From contig JBGCFM010000074.1 of assembly GCA_045106895.1 (NCBI GenBank), positions 16,259-80,258 of the forward strand: a stretch of 64,000 bases of DNA. Direction: 5' to 3'. The stretch is from Polyangiales bacterium (lineage in GTDB: Bacteria; Myxococcota_A; Polyangia; Polyangiales; Houyiibacteriaceae). Below are positions 48,110 through 57,016 of the stretch, piece after piece. A model generated the notes under the pieces. The model was not told where the DNA came from and ran no database searches. It worked only from the letters and a program-made list of their open reading frames with translations. How positions within the stretch are numbered: the stretch's first letter is position 1; each line of letters begins with the position of its first letter. The translations under genes were made by a program, and so were the position numbers.

Positions 48110-49204
48110 TTGTTGGTGCCGCCACGTAAGAATCACCACTATGTCCCACAGTTTCTCCTTCGGTACTTCGCCACGGATGAGAAGCAACGAACGATTCGAC
48201 TCTATTTGGTGAAAGCCGGGAAGGTCGTCGAAAACGCTTCAATAAGGCACCAGTGCTCAGTTGACTACTTCTACGGAACCGGCGGCGAGTTGGAGAAAAA
48301 GTTCGGCGAGCTCAAGGGTGCAGCATCGAAGGTGGTCGCAGCGCTCACGACGGGAGAAGTGCCGGAGCCACTCACCGAAGAGTACGCACTGTTTCTTGTG
48401 TTCGTCTGTTTTCAGAAGAATCGAACTCTACGCGCCGCCAAAGCAGTGGCGACGCAATACGAAGCTTTTTCGCGTGTCGTAGTGAGAGCGGCCGACGACA
48501 TCGTACGTGAAAGCGACCATCCGATCATTCCGCTGGATGCTCCCGCGCCCGTCGACGCAATAGGGCTCTCACTTGATATCGCGGGGGAGCTTGCTTTTGC
48601 GGTACAGGACCTGCGCCTCAAGGTACTCGTGAACGAAACCGAAGAGGAGTTCGTTACGTCCGACGCACCAGTAGTCTTTCACAACCAGTGGTCTGGTAAG
48701 ACCGGGGCGACGTCGCAAGGGCTTCAGATCTTCTTTCCTGTTTCACCGGTCCACATGGCGATCTTCTATGACCCAGACATCTATCAGGTTGGCTGGGACA
48801 ATGGAGACAGTGCAGCCGTCAAGACTGTCGAAGAAGTTCGCTCACTCAACTTCCTCCAGCTTGGGAATGCAGACCACGCCGTGTATTTTCGAGATTCAAC
48901 GAGCGCGAAATTTCTAACTCCGCGAACAAAAGAGCCACCCGCTCCCGAGCTCAGGCGTTACCGAGGTCCGCGCGGCAGTGGACAGCTCGTTGGTATGTCA
49001 GCACCCGCTTCGCTTGATGTAACACTGGTAGCCGGCACCATTCGTTTGAGAACCAGCGCAATGCTGGTTCCGCGGAAAGAACGTGCCGCAATGTTCCGCT
49101 CGGAAGCGATGATGATGACTAAGGAGCGTGATCATATGGACTCCGTGAAGGGCTCACTGCCTTCTGGACCGTTCATTCAGCTTCCAGAGGCAGAGAACGA
49201 CTGA
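48110..49204 (+). CDS. DUF4238 domain protein
   Basis: NHHYVPQFLLRYF, FVTSDAPVV, FPVSP; visibly AT-richer codon usage than neighbours. Confidence 0.88.
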   Translation: MLVPPRKNHHYVPQFLLRYFATDEKQRTIRLYLVKAGKVVENASIRHQCSVDYFYGTGGELEKKFGELKGAASKVVAALTTGEVPEPLTEEYALFLVFVCFQKNRTLRAAKAVATQYEAFSRVVVRAADDIVRESDHPIIPLDAPAPVDAIGLSLDIAGELAFAVQDLRLKVLVNETEEEFVTSDAPVVFHNQWSGKTGATSQGLQIFFPVSPVHMAIFYDPDIYQVGWDNGDSAAVKTVEEVRSLNFLQLGNADHAVYFRDSTSAKFLTPRTKEPPAPELRRYRGPRGSGQLVGMSAPASLDVTLVAGTIRLRTSAMLVPRKERAAMFRSEAMMMTKERDHMDSVKGSLPSGPFIQLPEAEND

Positions 49205-49272
49205 AGCCTGCATCGAGATCGAAAACACAGAGAAAGCGGAAGTCCGTTATCGACGATCCGCTGGGGCGGCCG

Positions 49273-49729
49273 GTGGACTACGGATACATCGTTCATGCGC
49301 TGAGCTGGGCCCTACTCTTCGAGGCGGCTCCTGTTCCACCTCACCAGGTTGTCGCCATGGGCTACAAGAGCCGGCGCTCCCCCAAAAGGACCCGACCGCG
49401 GAATCGATGTCATCGCGTCGCCGGACGGTCTTGGCCTCGAAGAGCCTCGCATCTTCGCCGAAGTAAAGCACCGCAAGAACACCAGCATAGGCGCGCCGGC
49501 CATTCGCGCGTTTCTGGGCGGAAGAAAGCCCGGCGACCGCTGCCTCTTCATCAGCACCGGCGGCTTCACGCGCGAAGCTAAGTACGAAGCCGAACGCGCC
49601 ACGGTTCCGTTGACGCTGGTTGACTTGCCCCTCCTACGGGACCTCTTGCTTGAACACTACGAGCAAGCCGATGAGGCGATACGACGCCTGGTGCCGCTGA
49701 CGCGGACGTACTGGCCGAGTACTGAGTAG
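49273..49729 (+). pseudogene. Mrr-like restriction endonuclease catalytic fragment, 5'-truncated and frameshifted
   Basis: AMGYKSRRSP in one frame, GPDRGIDVIASPDG..EVKHR..STGGFT in the next; shift at CCCCCAAAAGG near 49385. Confidence 0.85.
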
Positions 49730-49742
49730 GTGGCCGCGCGTA

Positions 49743-49762
49743 GAAACGTCTCCGCGGGAACG
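49743..49762. repeat. 20-bp quasi-palindrome; exact reverse complement of 50641-50660
   Basis: GAAACGTCTCCGCGGGAACG vs CGTTCCCGCGGAGACGTTTC. Confidence 0.95.
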
Positions 49763-49807
49763 TTTTCATGTCCATTATCTGTCACACCCGCGTGCGATCC
49801 TCGGCGC

Positions 49808-51190
49808 ATGACAGCCGCCGTTCTTTCACTCCACACCACGCCCTCACCGGCGGAACTCGAAGCGGAGCTTGCGCAGCTTTCGGCGCGCATTGACGCGGCT
49901 ACGCACCGGCAGCTCACGCTGATTCGCGCCATCGACGAGGCGGAGATCTGGGCTGCTCAGGGTGCGCGAAGTTGCGCGGCTTGGCTTGGCTGGCGCATTG
50001 GTCTTGGGGCTGGCTCGGCGCGTGAGCGGGTTCGGGTGGCGCGTGCGCTGAGCGCGTTGCCGCTCATCGACGCGGCGATGAGCGAGGGACGCGTGAGTTT
50101 CTCGAAGGCGCGGGCTTTGACGCGCGTAGCGACACCGGAGAACGAAGGCGACCTGCTGAACGTGGCGCTTGCGTCGACGGCGGCGCAGCTGGAGCGCATC
50201 TGCAGCGGACTGAAATGTGCGCAGGCGGGCGGGGCTAAGGACGCTGATTGCCAGGCTCTTCGACGGGGCGTGCAGGTACGAGCGATGGCCGATGGAACGC
50301 ATGAGGTGCGGGCGCGGCTGCACGCGGATGAGGCAGCCCTGGTGGTGGAGGTGCTGCATCGCGTTCGCGAGGGGCTTGCACAGGAGCATGCTGTCGGCGC
50401 TGTAGGCGATACGGCCGATGACTCGGTTCCGAACGCGCCTCTTCCGAACTTGGCGGATGCGCTGGTTCGAATGGTCCAATCGGGGCCCGCGCAGCTTCGG
50501 CGGGTGCAGGGCGTGGACACGTCAATCGCGGCGGCCAACGACGACGAAGCCGTCACCTTCGCCGCGCCGCGGGAGGTGGTGGTGCACCTGGATCGCGACA
50601 TGCTCGGGGACTTTGCTGCCACCCTCGACGATGGCAGCCGCGTTCCCGCGGAGACGTTTCGGCGCGTGGCTTGCGATTGTGCGCTGCGCTGCACGATGGA
50701 CGAAGCGAGTGGCGCAGACGGCGGCGGCATCGACGGCGGCGGCATCGATGTAGGTCGGCGCACGCGGAGCATTTCACCAGCGCTTCGCCGCGCGCTGAGT
50801 CGGCGTGATAGCGGCTGCCGCTTTCCGGGGTGCACGTGCCGGCGCTACCTCGACGCGCATCACATCGTGCACTGGGCGCACGGTGGCGAGACGACGATGG
50901 CGAACTTGGTCACGCTCTGCACGTTCCACCATCAGCTCTTGCACGAGGGCGGCTGGCAGGTCCGCGCGGAGGACGGCGACTTCGTGTTCTCGGATGCGGC
51001 GGGGACTGTGCGCTCGGCGCTGCCGGCGACGAGGGCGGCGACGAGGGCGGCGACGAGGGCGGCGACGGGCGATTTGATGGCGAGCGTTGGGACGCTGCCG
51101 ACGGATGCGGACCCTACTTTGACCATCGGCTGGGATGGCCGACCGGTGGACTACGCCCACATCGTTCATGTGCTGATGCACCACCGCTAG
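49808..51190 (+). CDS. DUF222 / HNH endonuclease (REP13E12-like family)
   Basis: GARSCAAWLGWRIG...ARERVRVARAL, RRVACD, DVGRRTR, RDSGCRFPGC...AHHIVHWAHGGET..NLVTLC..HH..LH. Confidence 0.93.
   Translation: MTAAVLSLHTTPSPAELEAELAQLSARIDAATHRQLTLIRAIDEAEIWAAQGARSCAAWLGWRIGLGAGSARERVRVARALSALPLIDAAMSEGRVSFSKARALTRVATPENEGDLLNVALASTAAQLERICSGLKCAQAGGAKDADCQALRRGVQVRAMADGTHEVRARLHADEAALVVEVLHRVREGLAQEHAVGAVGDTADDSVPNAPLPNLADALVRMVQSGPAQLRRVQGVDTSIAAANDDEAVTFAAPREVVVHLDRDMLGDFAATLDDGSRVPAETFRRVACDCALRCTMDEASGADGGGIDGGGIDVGRRTRSISPALRRALSRRDSGCRFPGCTCRRYLDAHHIVHWAHGGETTMANLVTLCTFHHQLLHEGGWQVRAEDGDFVFSDAAGTVRSALPATRAATRAATRAATGDLMASVGTLPTDADPTLTIGWDGRPVDYAHIVHVLMHHR
51024..51067. repeat. In-frame 12-bp tandem repeat CGGCGACGAGGG x3.7 (ATRA)
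   Basis: Direct reading. Confidence 0.92.
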
Positions 51191-52332
51191 GGCGTGGGGC
51201 GGAGTACGACCGAGGACCCGGAGTCTGGATCGCGCACTCTCCAGGCGACGGGGGTTTGCGTGACCTCTAGGATGCTGAACTCGTGGACCACGGTCTTCGG
51301 CGGCATGTGCCATGAGCCCGCGGGAAATGTGGTGCCATCCTCGTTAGTGCCGGCGTATTCCGTAGCGGCGATGACTTGGCGGTTTGAGCCGAGGGCTTCG
51401 AGTTCGATGGGCTTGCCGGTGCTTCCGGCCTGATACTCGACACGCACGTGCACCACGCACTGGCGCGCGCATTGAACGTCGATGAGTTGAACTCTCGTCC
51501 ATGGGTTCAGAGCCGCGGGTTCGTTTCCAGGGAGGGCGCCGAGGGTCTCGACCCACCTTTGCTGCGCGCGGGTCTCGCGCGCTGTCGCCGCCGTCGCGAG
51601 ACGAAGCTGGCGAGCGACGATCTCTGAGTGCGACCAGCCTACCCACGCCGCGGCGCCGGAAAGCGCACGTTGCACACTTTCGAGGTCCAGCGGCTGCAGG
51701 GGAGAGGCGGCGGTCCCTGGAGCGACACTCTGGAGCGCGTCGAGGCCCTCAAGCGCATCCAGGGCACGATCCGCAGCGGCGAGAAATGCGCTTGCCCGCG
51801 TTTGTGCATCCGCTGCCGGCACGCCGCGACACTCGGCGGACAGCTCCCCGTCTTCTCCCCTCATCGGAAACTGCCTCGCCGTCATCTCCAGGGAGCCCAC
51901 ATGATCATTCACTGCGATATCTTCGTCGTTCACGGCGAGGCGGATTTCCTGACCCGCATCGAGTCGCAAGTTCGGAACGGAGTAGAACATCACGTGTCGA
52001 TTGGGCGGACCGCTCACGCTTACGTTGAGGCCTCCAGGCAGCTCGGCGGCGACGATGAGTTCAGGCGGAATATGGCGCTCTTGTTGCGGCACTAACGCGG
52101 GGTCCCACTGTCTTTGTTCCGACGCGCGGATGCGGCAAATTAGCGTTCCGTGAAAGGGAACCGGTGTGGGGGCAAGCGTTCCAAAAAGAGGTCCGGCCTC
52201 GATCTGAGGAACGCTCGCGCCCCAGGTAGGTTTTGCCGCGAGGTCCGCCAGCGCCGGCTGCGGCACGTCCTCGTCGCATGCGTTGAGGAGGAGCCCCGCG
52301 GCGAACATGAACAGCACGACAACACGGGGCAT
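51187..52332 (-). CDS. Lipoprotein with C2-like acidic motif
   Basis: Lipobox LNAC; LAVNDEDIAVNDHVG resembles C2 V.D.D...D..G. Confidence 0.6.
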   Translation of the reverse strand: MPRVVVLFMFAAGLLLNACDEDVPQPALADLAAKPTWGASVPQIEAGPLFGTLAPTPVPFHGTLICRIRASEQRQWDPALVPQQERHIPPELIVAAELPGGLNVSVSGPPNRHVMFYSVPNLRLDAGQEIRLAVNDEDIAVNDHVGSLEMTARQFPMRGEDGELSAECRGVPAADAQTRASAFLAAADRALDALEGLDALQSVAPGTAASPLQPLDLESVQRALSGAAAWVGWSHSEIVARQLRLATAATARETRAQQRWVETLGALPGNEPAALNPWTRVQLIDVQCARQCVVHVRVEYQAGSTGKPIELEALGSNRQVIAATEYAGTNEDGTTFPAGSWHMPPKTVVHEFSILEVTQTPVAWRVRDPDSGSSVVLRPTP

Positions 52333-52397
52333 CGGCAGAGGATGTCGCAGCTGCGTTGAAGGTCGCCTAATCGTCGCAGTCGCTTCCGTATTCGCAG

Positions 52398-53087
52398 TCA
52401 ACGCTTTCGCTCTTTTCTCTTCGCGCTCACCGCAACCGCACTCACCGCCTCTTCCGACTCGAGCTTCCCTTCGTTTACCCGCACTTCGTTCACCCGCACT
52501 TCGCTCACTCGCACTTCGTTCACGCGCACTCCCCGATACCCACCTTGGCCCGCGCGACTCATCCGCGCGTGTCGTGACATGTCGACGAGCACAGCGACGA
52601 GATCATCGGCTTCCGTCGGCAGAAGCTGCATGCCTAGAAGCGTTCGTTTGCCCTTGGTCAGGATGGCGATGTCCGCGAAGTCTTCGGTTTGGCTGGCGAA
52701 GGTCTTGGTCATGACGGCTTCGATGCCAACGACGTCGTCCCAGCGGAAAGAGCGCCGGCGCCACTCGTGGGTGGTGTAGCTCTTCGCAAAAGAGACAACG
52801 TGGGCGTTTCCGGAGATGCGATGCACGGCCCAATAGCGGAGGCGCGCCCACAAAGTGGAGAGCACTCCGAAGACCAAGAGGGCCATGAGCTGTGGCCCAA
52901 GCTCGCCGTAGCCCGCCACTTTCAAGAGCGCGAGAAAGACGAAGAAGAGCACGAAGCCAGCGATATCAGACGGCCTGGTTTGGTCCGACACCTTGCCCGG
53001 CGCGGTCCGAAAATCGAACTCTTCGTCGGCCCACGTGGGCTCTCCATCAAACTGGTCGAAGGGCGTGACCTTCTTGGAGCGAGACAT
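52398..53087 (-). CDS. Two-TM membrane protein with PH-like cytoplasmic part and C-terminal repeat
   Basis: Two hydrophobic helices; FRWDDVVGI; VRVNE repeats. Confidence 0.6.
   Translation of the reverse strand: MSRSKKVTPFDQFDGEPTWADEEFDFRTAPGKVSDQTRPSDIAGFVLFFVFLALLKVAGYGELGPQLMALLVFGVLSTLWARLRYWAVHRISGNAHVVSFAKSYTTHEWRRRSFRWDDVVGIEAVMTKTFASQTEDFADIAILTKGKRTLLGMQLLPTEADDLVAVLVDMSRHARMSRAGQGGYRGVRVNEVRVSEVRVNEVRVNEGKLESEEAVSAVAVSAKRKERKR
52470..52529. repeat. 15-bp tandem repeat x4 (VRVNE/VRVSE)
   Basis: TTCGTTCACCCGCAC-like units. Confidence 0.9.
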
Positions 53088-53094
53088 TGGGACT

Positions 53095-54690
53095 CTAGTT
53101 TCTCAGCCGCTGCGCCAACGCCTCGAGTCGACTTCGCCAAGGCCCTCGTTCGGCCTCCGCCCGCTCTTCGACGCGTTGCGCAAAACCGGCATCGTAGTGC
53201 TGCAGGATGAGGCGCGTGGCCCGGGCGTGCAGCGACTCCGCCGCCGCGATGGTGATGAGGTCTTCGGCGGTCCACTCTTCCCTCGCTGCGCTCGGGTTGA
53301 TGGCGAGGGCCGCTTCGTAGCGCTCCATCCCGTCGGTGAGGCTGCGACTCTGAACATAACTACGCGCCAGGAGGAGAAGTGGGCGGGCGTCGTCGGGCGC
53401 GCGCCTCGCACGCACGGCGAGGGAACGCTGCTGCCTGCGGCGCAGTGCGCTTCCGCCGCGCAACTGCCCTCGAATATCCGCGTAACTCGAGTCGCCATCC
53501 CAAATGGAGACATGCTGAGCCTGCGGCTGAACGGGCTCAGGCGCTTCGACGGGAGTCACCCGTTCCGCGTTCGCCACCGCCGTGGCGCCGGGGGGAATAG
53601 GCGTGACCACGTCGGCATCGTCACCGCTCAAAACGAAGGCCGCGCCGAAGGTGAGGGACGCCAAAAGGCCCACGGCGGCGAGGGCCACTTTTGCCACGGG
53701 CACGCTCGCCTGCGGCGCGGATGCCGGCATGGATGATGCGGCGCTTGTTTGGTGGGGCGCCGGAGTGGCGGAACGCTTTTGAGCGCGCGTCTCCATGGCG
53801 CCTCGAGCGCTTGTGGGCTCTTCGATACGCTCTGCGCCCCAGGCAGCGAGCATCTCGTTCGCATCGCTAAAACGAGAGTCCGGGTCCTTGGACATCGCCT
53901 TCGTCACCAGGGCAGCGACCTGTGCGTCGACGCCGCGATCTACCAGCGGAGGCGGCTCTTTCACGAGGTGGGCGCGGAGAAGCGCGTGGGAGTCTTCGCC
54001 GGCGAAGGGGTGCTCGCCACCAAAGAGCTCGTAGAACATCACGCCCAGGGAATATACATCGCTCCGCGCGTCGGTCTTTCCGCCCGTCGCTTGCTCCGGC
54101 GACATATAGGCGGGGGTACCCATGAGGAGGCCGGTCTTCGTGACCTTCGCGCCGCCTTCCACTTGGCGAGCGAGTCCAAAGTCGAGAACCGTGACGTGCT
54201 CGTTCCCGTCGGCGAGGTCGCGGATGACAACATTCTGTGGCTTCAAGTCACGGTGGACCAGGCCGTGCTTGTGCGCGTGACCAACAGCGAGGAGCAGCTG
54301 CTTGCCGATGCTCCGTGCACGAACTCCGGAGAGTCGGCCGCTCTTGTGCGAGGCATCTTCAAGCGCCGCCTCCTTGAGCACCGCACGGAGCTCTCGGCCC
54401 TCGAGGAACTCCATGACGAGGAAGGGCAGGCCTTCTTCGAAACCGTAGTCGAGGACGCTGACGACGTTGGGGTGCGAGAGGCCGGAGAGCACATTGGCTT
54501 CGCGTTCGAAGCGAAGGCGGAAGTCCTCGCTGCCAGCGAGCTCGCCGCGCAGCACTTTCACCGCCACGCTTCGGCCGAGCGCCACGTGTTCGGCGCGGTA
54601 GACGCTGCCCATGCCGCCTTCGCCGAGCTCTGAGTCGACGCGGTAGCGCCCCTGCACCACGGTGCCAATCAAGGTATCTGGGCCACTCAC
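53095..54690 (-). CDS. Membrane Ser/Thr protein kinase with C-terminal TPR-like region
   Basis: LGEGGMGSVY, VAVK, HRDLKPQN, DFGLA, GTPAYMSPE; TM helix. Confidence 0.95.
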   Translation of the reverse strand: MSGPDTLIGTVVQGRYRVDSELGEGGMGSVYRAEHVALGRSVAVKVLRGELAGSEDFRLRFEREANVLSGLSHPNVVSVLDYGFEEGLPFLVMEFLEGRELRAVLKEAALEDASHKSGRLSGVRARSIGKQLLLAVGHAHKHGLVHRDLKPQNVVIRDLADGNEHVTVLDFGLARQVEGGAKVTKTGLLMGTPAYMSPEQATGGKTDARSDVYSLGVMFYELFGGEHPFAGEDSHALLRAHLVKEPPPLVDRGVDAQVAALVTKAMSKDPDSRFSDANEMLAAWGAERIEEPTSARGAMETRAQKRSATPAPHQTSAASSMPASAPQASVPVAKVALAAVGLLASLTFGAAFVLSGDDADVVTPIPPGATAVANAERVTPVEAPEPVQPQAQHVSIWDGDSSYADIRGQLRGGSALRRRQQRSLAVRARRAPDDARPLLLLARSYVQSRSLTDGMERYEAALAINPSAAREEWTAEDLITIAAAESLHARATRLILQHYDAGFAQRVEERAEAERGPWRSRLEALAQRLRN

Positions 54691-54777
54691 GCAGACATCA
54701 TCGCACGTTTCCGTGCGACTTTGGCGCTATGCGCGGGCCGTCTTGGCCAAGCGACACGGCTCATGTAGCCTCAATCG

Positions 54778-55473
54778 ATGGCAGACACGTTGGAGGAGCT
54801 GGCGAAGAAGGGCCGAGAGTCCCCTAAATCGGCGGCCAAAAGGGAAACCCGTCGAGAAGAGCGGAACGACGATTTTCGTCGCTACCTGAGCGAGCGACTT
54901 GTCATCAAGACGTTCACCCAAGCGCACGCGACGCGCTGGCTCGTCCCCGCTTTCATCCTCGTGGTTGTTTCCGCCGCCGGCGCGTGCTCGGTGTTCTTGA
55001 AGAGCGAGCAAATGGTGACGGCGTTCATCTCGCTCATTGTCGTCGGAATCATCGGCGGGTTTATTCTCATGCGCATGAGCGAAAGCGTGGCGGTGCGTGC
55101 GGGGACGAAGTGGGTCGCAAGCCTGCCCTTTACGTTCCAGTCGGCGGCCTATCTCGAGGCGCTATCCAAGCCGCGTTCGACGAGCACGATGACGGTGCGC
55201 ATCCGCTTTGAGCGCCCGCCTGCCCGCGAAGAGCGGGCGATTTTTGCGGACGCCTGCGCCGGCGCCGTCGAGGTCGCAGAGCGTGGCTGGAAAGACGACA
55301 CCTTGTGGGTCCGCACCCCGGGCCTCGCGACGTATTTCCCCGCGCGCAACGATGGAGAGGCGTACTACTCGAACGCGCAGCTTCACAAGTGGTTTCGCTC
55401 CCTCGTAGAGAGTGCGCTGAAGCCCATGCACGCGCGAGCGCCCATCAGTCGAGTGAAGGTGAAGGTCGAATAG
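54778..55473 (+). CDS. Two-TM hypothetical protein
   Basis: 231-aa ORF, two TM helices, TAGCCT-N6-ATG. Confidence 0.7.
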   Translation: MADTLEELAKKGRESPKSAAKRETRREERNDDFRRYLSERLVIKTFTQAHATRWLVPAFILVVVSAAGACSVFLKSEQMVTAFISLIVVGIIGGFILMRMSESVAVRAGTKWVASLPFTFQSAAYLEALSKPRSTSTMTVRIRFERPPAREERAIFADACAGAVEVAERGWKDDTLWVRTPGLATYFPARNDGEAYYSNAQLHKWFRSLVESALKPMHARAPISRVKVKVE

Positions 55474-55502
55474 GACCTGCGAAGACCGCAATCGTCCAAA
55501 TT

Positions 55503-55730
55503 CTACGACTCTACGGCAGTACTGCGTGCGTCTTCTTCGTCCGCGAGCAGGTGTCCCGCGATGGCGGACATCGCGGCTTGGAACTTCGCCTCGCGAAAAC
55601 CGGCGCCGCTGGTGAGCCAGTCCGTATGCGCGGAGTTCGCTTCCCCGTTGAAGTGACCCACGACGTCGAGGTGATCGCCGGATACTCCAGCAGCTCGAAC
55701 CACTTGGCCCGTCTTCCTGCTGAAGCGAGT
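55503..55730 (-). pseudogene. C-terminal remnant of a lipase-like alpha/beta hydrolase
   Basis: DHLDVVGHF...HTDWLTSGAGF catalytic-His region; no GxSxG part upstream. Confidence 0.5.
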
Positions 55731-55797
55731 AGCCGCGCATTTCTTCCCAAGCCTCTACGCGGGAATACACGAGGAACCACCACGAGTTCTACAAACC

Positions 55798-56553
55798 ATG
55801 ACCCGTATTCTCGCGCTCTCGCTCCTTTGGTGTGCGTGTGGGAGCCCAGCGCGCGAAGCGGCGCCCCCTGCCCCTTCACTGGGCCACGCCGAAACCCAGG
55901 AGGCCGTGGCTGCTCAGACTGATGAAGCAGAGGTAGCGGAGGCAGAGGTGGCAGAAGTCGCCGAGACCCGTGAGGTGGCGCTCGCAGAGGCGGCACCTAT
56001 GGAGGCCGCGCCGGCGGAGGCAGAGCTCCAAGAACCCGAACCAATGAGCGCGCAGGCTTGCGAGGCGCACGCGTGGCAGGTCGTTGCGCGCGACCTTGAG
56101 CAAACGCTGCGCAACTTTGAGGAGTTGGCAGCGGGCGAGAGGCTCTCACTTCGTACGAGGGCGGAGCGGGAGCGGCGCTGCGTCCAGCGCGTAATGATCC
56201 CGGACCTGGACGGCGACGGGCGCGAAGAGATGGACCTCACCGCGGGTTGCACTTGGAACTGGTCCTGGCCCCACATGATCTTCCTTTCAACCGGGTGTCG
56301 CTACGCAGGTCAGCTGTGGAGCGCCGACAGCCTTCAGTACCTCCCGCGCGCGAACTCCATACCGGACGTGGTGACGCACTCGCAGAACGGATGCGCAGGT
56401 TGGGATTTCGAGGAGTCACGCTACCGTTGGAACGGAACCCGCTACGAAATGTCGGAGCGAGTGATGTGTGACTTCTGCGAAGACCCCGGCGCTCCCCCAC
56501 GTGGACCACAGCCGGCAAGGTGCGATCGAGAGCAACTCAGCGTTCGATGGTGA
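55798..56553 (+). CDS. Lipoprotein with Ala/Glu-rich linker and DxDGDG Ca-binding motif
   Basis: Lipobox CACG; DLDGDGREE; YRWNGTRY. Confidence 0.7.
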   Translation: MTRILALSLLWCACGSPAREAAPPAPSLGHAETQEAVAAQTDEAEVAEAEVAEVAETREVALAEAAPMEAAPAEAELQEPEPMSAQACEAHAWQVVARDLEQTLRNFEELAAGERLSLRTRAERERRCVQRVMIPDLDGDGREEMDLTAGCTWNWSWPHMIFLSTGCRYAGQLWSADSLQYLPRANSIPDVVTHSQNGCAGWDFEESRYRWNGTRYEMSERVMCDFCEDPGAPPRGPQPARCDREQLSVRW

Positions 56554-56632
56554 TGCGCACCGCGGGATGACAAGCGCGAGCGCTGTCCCGTACGTTGCAC
56601 TGCCTTCGAGGGGGTATAAGAGTGGACGAGCC

Positions 56633-56974
56633 ATGAACATCCCTTCCGTCGCGCTCTCAAACTCAGCGCGCCGCACGCTTCAAGCACTCGCGGCCGCGGG
56701 TGACGCCGTGACGGCCAAGGGGGAGAGTGACGCCGTGACGGCCAAGGGGGAGCCTGGCGAATCGACACTGCCGGCGAGCCACTTCGCTGGAATCTACGGG
56801 CAGAGAGGACGGCATCACCCGAGCGCCGCGATGTCCAAAATCCTCGGCGAGGTAGCGTCGAACCTTCGAGACTTCGCTGAGACCTCTGTCGCCCTGCTGA
56901 GTCTGGAAGATGCGCGCAGCTGGTACCTTCTCTTCGTAGACGCCGAAGAACATGTCCTCGCTGGCTTCTACTAG
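56633..56974 (+). CDS. Hypothetical protein containing in-frame 27-bp duplication
   Basis: MNIPS...; DAVTAKGE x2. Confidence 0.5.
   Translation: MNIPSVALSNSARRTLQALAAAGDAVTAKGESDAVTAKGEPGESTLPASHFAGIYGQRGRHHPSAAMSKILGEVASNLRDFAETSVALLSLEDARSWYLLFVDAEEHVLAGFY
56700..56752. repeat. 27-bp tandem duplication GTGACGCCGTGACGGCCAAGGGGGAG(A)
   Basis: Direct reading. Confidence 0.95.
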
Positions 56975-57016
56975 CCGAAGGCGACGCAGAATGTTTCCAA
57001 GGTCATCCGCGAGTTT

